Assembly: GCF_006345805.1 (NCBI RefSeq)
Contig: NC_043026.1
Location: 5,022,001-5,086,000, forward strand
Length of the DNA stretch: 64,000 nt
Source of the DNA: Octopus sinensis
Lineage: Eukaryota
Direction of reading: 5' to 3'
The notes beneath the pieces were generated by a model that had not been told where the DNA came from, searched no databases, and saw only the letters and a program-made list of their open reading frames with translations. Below, one piece after another: positions 49,352-60,276 of this stretch. Numbering within the stretch: the first letter of the stretch is position 1; each line of letters begins with the position of its first letter. The translations under genes were made by a program, and so were the position numbers.

Positions 49352-49358
49352 GGTCATG

Positions 49359-49390
<32 letters not shown>

Positions 49391-51360
49391 GGTGATGATG
49401 ATGGTGATGGTGATGATGGTGGTGGTGGTGGTGGTGGTGGTGGTTATTCTCCTCAAATGAAATTAATGAAAGCGAACCCATATCAATAGAAAAGGGAGAG
49501 ATAATTACTGGCCCTTTTCTCTCAAGTGATATGTCTTTCTGACTGTTTCGGGTTGATGACAGAATATTTGATGACAGAATGTTGAAAAGAATTTGAGTCA
49601 TTACTCTTATCCCTGGCTTCAACATTTTCATTCTCAGCCTCTGCTTCAGAATCACTGCTCCATGACAGACCAACACAACCAGGCGTTTCCCCAAGAGAAA
49701 CAGAAAGTGAAACTGAACTGTCAGAGAGAAGAACTATTTCATGTTTTGTATCTCCACTTGCATTGCAAAGCAGCTGCAACTGGGATTGTTCATTGGAAGT
49801 TTCAATTTGAACAAATGCTTTGTTGCCTTCCTCAAGGGACGTATCAAGGCTGTCACTAGCAGAAATATGTTCTTCCACTGAAGACAAATTTAGGGAACTA
49901 CTAGGTAAGGGCAACTCTTGGCAAGGTCCTGATGAAGAGTCTGAAATGTTAGGTAATGGTGAAGATGTAAACTGACCGGGATCAATTCTAGACTTGAACA
50001 ACCCATAGCTGCTTCTACCTGATATTACTTCTGTATTCATGCTCTCTGGAGTCGACCAAGTCTGGCTGCTACATGGATACGAAGTCTCAGATAAAATAAC
50101 ACTTGTATGTGACTGCAAACATGGATGTTCATTTTTGCTGTCTCTACCAGAATCAGTCAGTACCAAATCAGATTGGCCAAGACGACCAATTGTTTCATTT
50201 AAGAGATCAGCAGTTTCAGAAAATTGATTCTGGAATTATTCTTGGATTTTAAATTACTATTTACAATTCTTCTTTTGCGACTAGAAAACCAAAGGCTAGA
50301 AAGGCAACAAAAATATTTGTTGCTATGAAACATTTTTTTCTTCCGTTCATGGTGAGCAGACACTGGAGTGTTTTGTTCCATGTAATTCTCCAACTGACAC
50401 TTTTTGATGAGTTTTCTTTTGCGAGAGATAACTTGCTGTCGCTTTGGTGATCTCTCCCATACTTTCTTGGTGCGAGCAGTTTTCTCAATTCGACACTGTT
50501 TTATATAGTGTGAATGATATTCAAACTTTCTCAGACCACGTGGTTTGTTATAATTTTGACCATAAGGGCAGTCTGAGGTGTCCCCTGTGAAAGCAGGGTA
50601 ACCATCAGTTAAACTTGATAAGGATGAAGTAGACAAAGGTTCGGCATTACCTTCATCATTAGCCTCAGTTCTATGAATACTGCTAAGGTTAGCATATGTT
50701 GGTCTCTTTTCCAAACGAGGTGTTGTAACATTTACCTCAATGGGTTTTCTCTGTTCATCACTTGAACAGGTTTGACGCTTATCAGATATAAACTTTGTAA
50801 AAGAATCTTCCTTTGAATATTTTGTTGATTTTTTAGGCCATGAGGAAACAGATGACAATGATGATGATAATGATGAGGACATTGGTGGTGACAGTATACC
50901 ATGAGTTTTTAACGAGACAGGTTGATTTGTTGGAGACTGTACCATATTGGATGCTGAACTTTGCGACATAGGTGAACAGTACAATTTGTAATTTGTAGTC
51001 TGACTATGTAGTATAACCGGAGGCATTGGTGTTGACTCAGAAGGACAGAGTAAATTTTTGTTCCTCGTGTCACCAACTTTTGATTGTTCAAAACTCTGAT
51101 CTTCATCATCGTCTGTGTCACTGGACATTTTTAATAGGGCTTCAATGGTACGGTTCCCATAATCTAAGCCTACATTTGAAGATGTAATTGGAAGAGGCCC
51201 GCAATGAGAAAGTTTTTCCATGTTGGGCAAAATTGTTCTACAACCCATCCGACAGAGTGTTTTTTTTTAATTTTTCTTTCACAGAATATATTACCATCTA
51301 TCTTAATGTTATTCATCAAATCAGGATTGTCAACCAGTGAAGTGAGGGATCAAATGCAAC
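48234..51360 (-). pseudogene. Large coding exon (about 1,000 codons reconstructed) of an unidentified Ser-rich, disordered protein with a ~120-residue poly-His tract; about 6 frameshifts
   Basis: Acceptor TTTATTTCCAG at 51362-51361. ORFs 50199-51248, 49522-50166, 48873-49694, 48340-48732 and 48234-48566 overlap and join at homopolymer runs (e.g. SRINF/SETADLLNE near 50222). Confidence 0.6.
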
Positions 51361-52099
51361 CTGGAAATAAAAATAAAAAGGAAAATAAATAATAAATAAA
51401 ATAGTTATTGAGTAGTCACAAGAAGTCCTACCATCCCATTTTTTTGCTTCAATAAATCTGTGGTTGAACATCATCGTCATCATCCTTTCATGTCCATTTT
51501 CCAGACTGGCAAGCCGAAGAACTCTACCAGATTCCAGTCTGATTTAGCTTGGTTTTTATGGCTGGAAGTGCTTCCTAACACCAACCACTTAACAGTGTGT
51601 GCTGGATGCTTTTTATGTGGCACCAGCATGGGAGCTATTACATGGCTCCTGTGCCGGTGCCATGTAAAAAAAAACATGTATGTAAGATAATAGATTCCTT
51701 AAATATGCGCAGAGCTCAGGGTAACATAAAGTCTAAGCTGGATTCATAACCTGAACTTGTGCTTTACCAACCAGAACCCTTCATACATTTGTCAGTATTT
51801 TTGTTGCTATTTGGTTTTCTAGCCTTGTAACACAAAACTTTATTCAAGCTTCTGTTTATGGTTCCTCTTTCTTATCTTTTGCTTGTTTCAGTCATTAGAC
51901 TCTGGCCATGCTGGAACACTGTTTTCAAGGATTTAGTCAAACAAATTGATCCCAATACTTAGCTTTTTTTTTCGGGTCTGATATTTATTCTACTAGTTTC
52001 TTTTTGCTGAGCTGCTAGGTTACAGTGATGTAAATGAACTAACACCAGTTGTCAAGTGGTGGATGGGGACAAATACAACACAAATAGATATATATGCAT

Positions 52100-52265
52100 A
52101 GGCGCAGGAGTGGCTGTGTGGTAAGTAGTTTGCTTACCAACCACATGGTTCCGGGTTCAGTCCCACTGCGTGGTATCTTGGGCAAATGTCTTCTGCTATA
52201 GCCCCGAGCCGACCAATGCCTTGTAAGTGGATTTGGTAGATGGAAACTGAAAGAAGCCTGTCATA

Positions 52266-52328
<63 letters not shown>

Positions 52329-52545
52329 ATGTGTTTGTGTGTCTGTGTTTGTCCCCCTAGCATTGCTTGACAACCAATGCTGATGTGTTTATGTCCCCGT
52401 CACTTAGCGTTTCGGCAAAAAGAGACCGCTAGAATAAGTATAGGGCTTACAAAGAATAAGTCTCGGGGTCGATTTGCTCGATTAAAGGCGGTGCTCCAGC
52501 ATGGCCACAGTCAAATGACTGAAACAAGTAAAAGAAAAAAAGAAA
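52100..52545 (+). mobile_element. SINE family A, full length
   Basis: Head AGGCGCAGGAGTGGCTGTGTGG (A-box) ... GGTTCAGTCCC (B-box), internal (TA)n/(TG)n, tail GACTGAAACAAGTAAAAG. Confidence 0.9.
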
Positions 52546-52569
52546 GAAAGAACACACACACACACTTAC

Positions 52570-52661
52570 ACCCTAACTGACAGGTCAACCAAAATGTCCT
52601 CACATACATGAATACACACTGTAGATTTGTCTACCAGAAATAATTTATTTTGTTGTTCATA
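52570..52661 (-). pseudogene. Putative internal exon (92 nt; YEQQNKLFLVDKSTVCIHVCEDILVDLSVR)
   Basis: AG acceptor at 52663-52662, open frame, consensus GTAAGT donor at 52569. Confidence 0.45.
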
Positions 52662-52694
52662 CTGTTAACAATCTTTATGAATTTCAATGAAATT

Positions 52695-52915
52695 TGCTAG
52701 CTGGCAGAATCGTTAGCACGCCGGGCGAAATGCATAGCCGTATTTCGTCTGCCGTTACGTTCTGAGTTCAAATTCAGCCGAGGTCGACTTTGCCTTTCAT
52801 CCTTTCAGGGTCGATTAAATAAGTACCAGTTACGCACTTGGGGGTCAATATAATCGACTTAATCCGCTTGTTTGTCCTCTCTGTGTTTAGCCCCTTGTGG
52901 GTAGCAAAGAAATAG
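52695..52915 (+). mobile_element. SINE family B, variant with a Tx1-like 3' tail
   Basis: Head GCTGGCAGAATCG...GAGTTCAAATTC; tail TTTGTCCTCTCTGTGTTTAGCCCCTTGTGGGTAGCAAAGAAA. Confidence 0.88.
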
Positions 52916-52960
52916 AAATAGAATTTAATGATTGTTGGTGTACACTGCTGTAGTTTTTAC

Positions 52961-54117
52961 CTATTGTCATGCCACTTTCACCTGCCAAAGTAAGTTGAAT
53001 ACAATTAAATTGATTATACTGAAGCGTTTCAACATATGTACACAAAATATTGATTCATTGGAATTAATTTCCTGTTTCAGAGCTGAATTCTTTTTCCAGT
53101 TTGTCTCTGAACCTTTGAACCTGCACAACTCTCAAAAGAAAAAGACTCCAAGAGATATCTTAATCTTTTATCTCCTCCATTCAATGTTTTGTATGGCTCA
53201 ACAAATTAATGCTATTTACTCTTATTACACGGTTCATAAACCTACCAGTAAGGAGAGATCTACATTCAAAATATATCACTAAAGTAATGGGACTTTAAAA
53301 AAAACATCTTTATCACTCACCAATGAAATCATTGATGCAAAAAAAACCAAACAATGTAATAAATAACTTAACTTCTGCTCACAACTGATAAAATTGCAAT
53401 ATCATTTAGATCACTGGAGTATAAAGACAACACTGAAATATCACTCTAATTATTTTATCCAAGTTCAAACTCCCTTTTGCAAATTAAATATTTAATAAAT
53501 AACATCACAGAATTGTAACCCAACACTTTGAGGTCTTAATACCATTAAGCCCCCAAATCAAAGAAAAATCTGGAGAAATTTGTTCAATAAAATACAGAAT
53601 GTAAACACATGTTAAACAGGAAATTCTTTCTAAAGTGAAGCTAAACATTGTTTCCTGTGCAAAAGAGTGCTTAGTTACAGTTTTCAATCCTAAACGACGG
53701 CATTGCTTGAATTGTGGCTTTGTGCAGTTCAGGATTTTGTGACAGTTGCAGATATTTGCAGGGTAGGATTTCAAGGGTTAAGAAGATAAAATACTTTTAT
53801 GCATCAGACAGCAGCCTTGTCTCCAATATCCTTATTCTGATTGTCAATCAGACTTTGCTTATTTGCCAACCATCTTACAACATGGCACTGGGTGCCTTTT
53901 ACTATGATGCCAGCATTAATGAGGTTGCTTTGACCCTAAAAGCCTATAAAGTTTACATGAACTTATGGTGTCTCCAGTACCCTAAGGCAACCGCTTCCCC
54001 CTGATAAGATGAATAGCAGAGAGATAGAAAGTGAGAGAGAGAGAACCAGGCTGAAGGGAGTTTGAAGGGTGAAACAAAGTACAAGAGCACAATGGAAAAC
54101 ACACCTGAACACATACC

Positions 54118-54155
<38 letters not shown>

Positions 54156-54333
54156 TAATTGAAAGAAGGGAGTAGTGACAGTGAAAGAGAATTACAGGCA
54201 AGAACATTATTTTGGATAAAAAAAACCTCTACATACACTCAGAAAAAAAAAGGTTTCTATTGAGAAAGATATAAAATGACATGGAAGGAAGAGGATAAAT
54301 GTGCATTGTGTGAGATAAAGGGTGAGAGTGAAT

Positions 54334-54365
<32 letters not shown>

Positions 54366-55573
54366 CACGAACTCAAACTCAGTATATGCATCTTTATATC
54401 TTTATATTTTGTCTTCAAAGAAAACACTTCTACTCTCTTCTCTTTCTCTTTAGAAGCATAGCAGCCTAAATTCCTTCAAGTCACACTCTACAATCACAAG
54501 AGAAGAAAGGGACACATTGGATAATGTAGTCTTAAATACAATATGTCTGGGGAATAAAAAAAAAGAAAGAAAGAAAGCAAAATGCTGGGATGATCCCAGC
54601 TGGAATGCCTTTCATCATGAGTCTGCTAGACCATCATGGTTTGACCTGGGGCTAAACAACTAGAACACACTGCACTTTCCTCCATGTCCTATGATGTGGA
54701 AGAGGATGAGCAAAACAGTGAGAATATGTTTCTTGTTATAGTTGTTGTCTTTGATTTGTCTATTCTATTCAATTGTTCTTTCCATACATTTCATCTCTGC
54801 CTCACATCTTCTACTCGGTCTTCTCAACAAACCCAACATATCAATTGTCTGTCTTTTACATTTTCTTTTTCTTTCTAACTCGCTGTGGCCATGCTGGATC
54901 TTTGTTTGTCATGGTCGTCATGATTTGTCATCATCATCATCACCAAAACCACCACCTATCCTTCATTTTCATGTTCACTTTTCCACAGACAAAATTCCTT
55001 GAGGCAAATTTTCTACAGCCTTCCTGTCATCCACCCTCACTTCTTTCCGAGTAAGCTAACATTCCCCCATGGCTGGACATTTTTTCACAGAAGAATGGGA
55101 ATGAAAGAGACTGCTTGTACAAGGTAATGCCTGCTTACAACTATTAGGCGATGTCAAGACAACAAGTACACACACAATATATACATATTCTTTTATTTGT
55201 CTCAGCCGTTTGACCGTGGCAATGCTGGAGCACCATCTTTAATTGAACAAATCGACTTCAAGACTTATTCTTTGTAAGCCTAGTATTTATTCTATCAGTC
55301 TCTTTTGCTGAACTGCTACGGGGACATAAACACACCAATACCAATTGTCAAACGATGGGGGGGGGGACAGACACAGACACACAAACATATATACAAACAC
55401 ACACACATATGTGACAGGCTTCTTTGCCTGTCACAAGGCTTTGGTCAGTCTGAGGCTATAGCAGAAGACACTTGTCCAAGGTGCCATGCAGTGGGACTGA
55501 ACCCGGAACCATGTGTTTGGTAAGCAAGCTACTTACCACACAGCCACTCTTGCAACTATATATATATATATAT

Positions 55574-55608
<35 letters not shown>

Positions 55609-56146
55609 TGTGATGGGCTTTTAAAGTTTCCATCTACTGAATCCATTCATAAGGGTTTGGTCAGCCTAAGAGTACAGAGTAAAAGACACTTGTCCAAAGT
55701 GCCATGCAGTGGAACTGAACCTGAAACCTTGTGATTGGGAAACAAATGTTTAATCATCATCATCATCACCGTTCTCCTTCCCACTGATTGTATTACAGAT
55801 GTATATATGTATATATATATATATAAATCTATATGTACATGTATCTCTAGTTATCTGTCTGTCTGTCTATGTAAATATATGTATGTGTGTTGGTGTGTGT
55901 ATTTCTTAGCAGAGGTGTTGAATATATTTATCCTGCGGCAGTCTTTGCTGAGGTTGGTATTGTATCTTGCTGTAGCCAAAACATCATGTGACAGTAGGGG
56001 GGAGGAAGCCCCTCGATGACATTCAGGCAGCTGATGATCACATGTGTTATTGCACGGTCAACATTTACTGTTGTGTATCTTGGTTGGCAATTTAAGGGTT
56101 TCACTGTCTCGTCTGTTCATTAGATACTCCATAGCTTTCTCCTGCT
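52961..56146 (-). pseudogene. Further putative decayed exons (about 53278-52961, 53943-53500, 56146-55910) of the same locus
   Basis: AG acceptors followed by coding-like but interrupted frames (IYFECRSLLTGRFMNRVIRV; LEILPCKYLQLSQNPELHKATIQAMPSF; MEYLMNRRDSETLKLP...KC*PC) with in-frame stops. Confidence 0.35.
55185..55745 (-). mobile_element. SINE family A (55185-55550) plus a second 5' half (55600-55745)
   Basis: Family A motifs in reverse orientation. Confidence 0.75.
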
Positions 56147-56309
56147 CTTGGGTCACAAATATAAAAAAAAAAAATCCCCCAAAATAACATAGCCTTCAAG
56201 ACGTGAAATGGTGTACCAATCACAATTTGTTTTAAGGTTGCACTTCAGGTCACACTTCATTTCAAGCTTAAGGGAAACCATCATCATCACCATCGCTGTC
56301 ATCATCATC

Positions 56310-56720
56310 ATTATCATAATCATTGAACATCTGCCTTCCATGCTGGCATGGGTTGGACGGTTTGACAGGAGTTGGCCAGGCAGCAGCTAGCACCAGACTT
56401 CTCTATCTGTTTTATCAGGGTTTTTATGGCTGGATGCCCTTCCTAAAACCAATCACCCAGCAGAGTGGACCTTTTTTTACATGGCACAAGCACAGGCGAG
56501 GTCAGTTTTGGCAAGGTTCTCACAGTTTGATACCTTTCCAAATGCCAACCACTACACAGTGTGGACTGAATGCTTTTCACATGGCACCAGCGCTACCAGG
56601 GCCACCAAGTGACTTGAAAGACAAAGGTCCTTTGAGAAGGGAGGGGACATTGGAGGAGATGATCTTGTGTCAGATGATGAAAGCTTACACTGAGACAGAA
56701 ACAGGTGTGTTTCAGTAGAG
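56310..56720 (-). mobile_element. Old RTE-type 3' tail fragment
   Basis: (CAT)n followed by TTCCATGCTGGCATGGGTTGGACGG...GGCTGGATGCCCTTCCT. Confidence 0.6.
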
Positions 56721-57214
56721 GAGGTACATAGTTACCCGGGCCATACATTATTGTTTAGAGTATAGAGAATGTTTGTGTTCTTGTGTCGGCTGAGGTAGGC
56801 TAGTCCTACGCACCTGGGTTCAAACGAGAGGTCAACAGAAAGCGAATGTTTATTGAAGAGTCAGTTGCAGGAACCGAAGGATGTTACAGACTTCATGCTT
56901 TAGCATTTGGTTTGATGTATCTATTTTTGCAACCGTTCTTTTTACACTGCTGTGTGATATCGTTCAGTGATATCAAACAGCCTTTAAAGCCTGCCTGGTG
57001 TTACTCTGGCATGGGATCCACGACCTAAACGGAGATTGCTTTAGGTTACTTTTTAGTTTATTTTCCCATTTTTAAATACCTTTAAGATGTTGGCAAAAAG
57101 ATTTTTTACAATAAATTCTTCTGTACTTAGCATTGTAAATGCATTCTTTCAAACTTCTTTCTATTTTAATAATGATAAAATTGTGTTTCCTGTAGGACTT
57201 AGTGAATAATGATC

Positions 57215-57425
57215 CTGTCTATTATAGGCACAAAGCCTGAAATTTGTGGGAGTGGCATAGTCGATTACATTGACCTCCAGAACTAAACTGGTACTTAATT
57301 TATCAACCCCAAAATAATGAAAGGTAAAGTCGACCTCAGTGAAATTTGAACTCAGAACGTAGCGATGAGCGAAATATCGCTAAGCATTTTGTCCAGAATG
57401 CTAATGGTTCTGCCAGCTCACCTCC
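57215..57425 (-). mobile_element. SINE family B
   Basis: Family B motifs in reverse orientation. Confidence 0.8.
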
Positions 57426-57945
57426 TTGACTTAGAGAATAATGATAAAAAAACAAAAACAGGAATAAAAATAAGACACGAGTTTTGCAACGAAAGAAATG
57501 AACCTAAAGTACGATGATGGTAGTGGTGGTGGTGGGTGATGATGATGATGATTGTGGTGGTGATGATGATGATGATGATGTAGACTGTCAAATGTACGAA
57601 TGGAAAATATTTCAAGAAAGACAAAAAAAAAACGGTCAAATTGGAATTAGTCAAGGGATAGAAATCACGTGGAAAACCAGAGTATTTCCCCCTCATCTGA
57701 TAAAGTTACACGGAACTACCTAAGAAAGTTTGTATGTGGACAAACAAATGTTTAGAAATAGCAGTCACGTATTTCCGAAATCCGTCAATTCTTTTTATAA
57801 AAGGAAGGACACTATTTAACAGACACACACACCACACACACACACACACACGGGTGCAGGCGTTTCACTGCATGACACCACAAACAAGTATTTTCTATTA
57901 TAACTTCTTAGAAACTGAAAGTAGCCTGTTGTACATGTATATATA

Positions 57946-58350
57946 CAGGGTGTCCCCCACGCGAATGTATACACACTTTAGATAATTGTAAAGTGGGTGT
58001 TTATTAATGTTACACGTTCATATCTATGTGTATGCGTAGATATACGTATATATGAATACATCCCCACTATTAGTACTATTTTGTTAAGCGCATCTAGTAA
58101 ACAGTATGACCTGTGTCTAAGGCGGATACGCACAGTGTGTATCACTCCGCTGTACATTTACAGTTTGTGAACATGCCAAGTAAAGAAACGTGTAGAATCA
58201 TAAAAAATGCCTTCAGTGAGTTGTTTATTATCTCACCACGAACCAAAAGAATACATAACTCACTGGTTGTCATTAACAACAAGGTCCACATCAAATCTAA
58301 TACTTTCTATACACAAAACTATATTACATCACATAATGTCGTATGGTGAC
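57946..58350 (+). mobile_element. Tc1/mariner-like 5' end with a transposase N-terminal remnant
   Basis: TA|CAGGGTGTCCC...ACACACTTT terminus; ORF 58113-58349 is weakly HTH-like. Confidence 0.4.
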
Positions 58351-59189
58351 TTGTATGTTTTAGGTTTGTTTGAATAGATTTTGCTTTTGATCACTGAGGT
58401 GGCTTTGCTTTCTTTTTTCCTCCTGAAATACTTCTGAACAGTTTTCGATACGATTCTGCCGTGTCTGCTGTGTTTAAACGATAGAAAGAAGACGGCAGGC
58501 GATAAAATATATACACCAGGAAAATGGAGACGTTAAGAAATAGGTGACGATATTAAATAAAGAATATTGATTCACTGTTGGGTGAATTCTTAGAAAATGA
58601 GCATTTTTCGTTGCCTTTTGGAGCTGGCAAACCAGTCTGAGTTGGTCAGATATAGACTGCTGTTTCCAGACGTTCACTTGTGTCTTTTAGGTGAGTCCTA
58701 ACCTCTGCCTCAAGGGACGAAGTCAAGAATTGCAGGGGAGCTGGTTCTGAAAGACTTGAATCGCCTCTCGTAAGTGGAATAAGAAATCTCTTAGGAGAGC
58801 TGTTTGTTGCTAGAGGCACAAAAACTGCAGTCGACAAGACTAGGTTTAAATGCTGACTAAACTTTTTAAAATGTTTACTGGTTGCACATGTAAGAATTCA
58901 GGAGAGATGCAACGCATAAAAGGAAGGCATTTTCTGTTGGAAGTTGTTGATAGGATGAAGTGTGCAGGTGAGACATGTCTGTCGATGTGGAGTGAGAGAA
59001 TGGTAACTGTTGCAGCCTGTGATGCGCAGGATTTAGCGACAACATTTCTATGAATCTCATTGTGAGGATGTTACCAGAGCCATAATTATATAGGTGTATG
59101 CAAGTATATAAATACTTGCATAAACTTACGTGTGTGTGTGCGTGCGTGCGTATGCTTACACGTGTGTTTGTCTATGTATACATATATAT

Positions 59190-59342
59190 ATATATACGAC
59201 GGGCTTCTTTCTGTTTCCGTCTACCAAATCCACTCACAAGGCTTTGGTTGGCCCAAGGCTACAGATGTGCCACGCAGCAGGACTGAACCCGGAAGCATGT
59301 GGTTCGTAAGCACGCTACGTACCACACAGCCACTCCTGCGTC
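59190..59342 (-). mobile_element. SINE family A, 5' half
   Basis: ...ACCACACAGCCACTCCTGCG. Confidence 0.8.
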
Positions 59343-59504
59343 TATCTATGTATCTGTCTTCTGTCTGTCTATCCATCTCTCCCTCTCTTTCTCTCTTTCT
59401 CTCTATCTGTCTACCTATCGATCGATCAGTGTGTGTTTCTACTTGGTTGAGTCCTAGAATAAAGGCCGAAAATGTTCTGTTCATTCTATCTTGTTATATA
59501 CATA

Positions 59505-59754
59505 TTGGCTTGGTGCATAATTATTGCGGCTTTTTTCAACAAATTTCATTCAACAAAAACAATAACAACATGTAATAAAAACATCTTTAAATGATTATTC
59601 CGGAGCATATTCACCATCTCCTTCAATTACTGCTTCCTATTTGCTTGGCAGACGGTCAGACCGTCATTCAAAGATGTTTTTGTTAAATATTGTTGTTGTT
59701 TTTGTTGAATAAAATTTGTTGAAAAATAGCCGCAATAATTATACACCGACTCAA
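59505..59754. mobile_element. Mariner-derived MITE (MADE-like TIRs, TA target-site duplication)
   Basis: TA|TTGGCTTGGTGCATAATTATTGCGGC...GCCGCAATAATTATACACCGACTCAA|TA; long imperfect inverted arms. Confidence 0.85.
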
Positions 59755-60253
59755 TATCTCATAGATATACACGTAATATGGCCACAAGCAGAGAGACGTA
59801 CACACATGTTTTGTATATGACTGTGTACTTGTGGCTGCATGTGTTTATATTGGTGAATGTATGTATAAAACGCGTGTTATAATTCTGCGAGTTGGTTTCC
59901 TGTGGATTCGCGTTCAAATCCATGTCAAGGCAGAGGTAGAGAAGGAAAACTATTTCCTTATTTCTCTTTCTATATTGAGTAAAATGATTGCCTCACACCT
60001 ACACATCTGCACAAATAGGACGGATGTCCCTTTCCATCACTGAACGACGTGAGTGTGTATGTGTTGGATTGTTTGCATGTGTGTGTGTGTGTGTGTCTTG
60101 AGGACTCAGTAGTAGAATGGGAGGCTGAAACACTCCTTGTTAAATATACCACTTCCATAAACAACCAAACCCCAGACATTGGTACAGAGTGGAGGTTGTT
60201 GTAGATAAAGACAGAATGAGAGAGTCAAATACAGACATATATATATATATATA

Positions 60254-60276
60254 CTAGCAGTATCGCCCGGCGTTGC
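60254..60276 (-). mobile_element. Helitron 3' terminus fused to the Tx1 ORF2
   Basis: 23/23 identical to 41334-41356 (GCAACGCCGGGCGATACTGCTAG), followed by T. Confidence 0.85.

Noticed and set aside
56051-56066. Selenocysteine (C-TGA-P-C) in a putative exon
   Set aside because: Not a CxxU/UxxC motif and no SECIS identified; CGA-to-TGA deamination in a decaying locus is simpler.
47935-57699. 17-bp inverted match (ATCAGATGAGGGGGAAA) flanking the second gene, as TIRs of a giant element
   Set aside because: Similarity does not extend past 17 bp, there is no TSD, and such a match is plausible by chance in 64 kb.
58470-59070. Host exon or distant Tx1 3' remnant (also 56780-57100)
   Set aside because: Only vague similarity to L1-clade C-termini; insufficient for a call.
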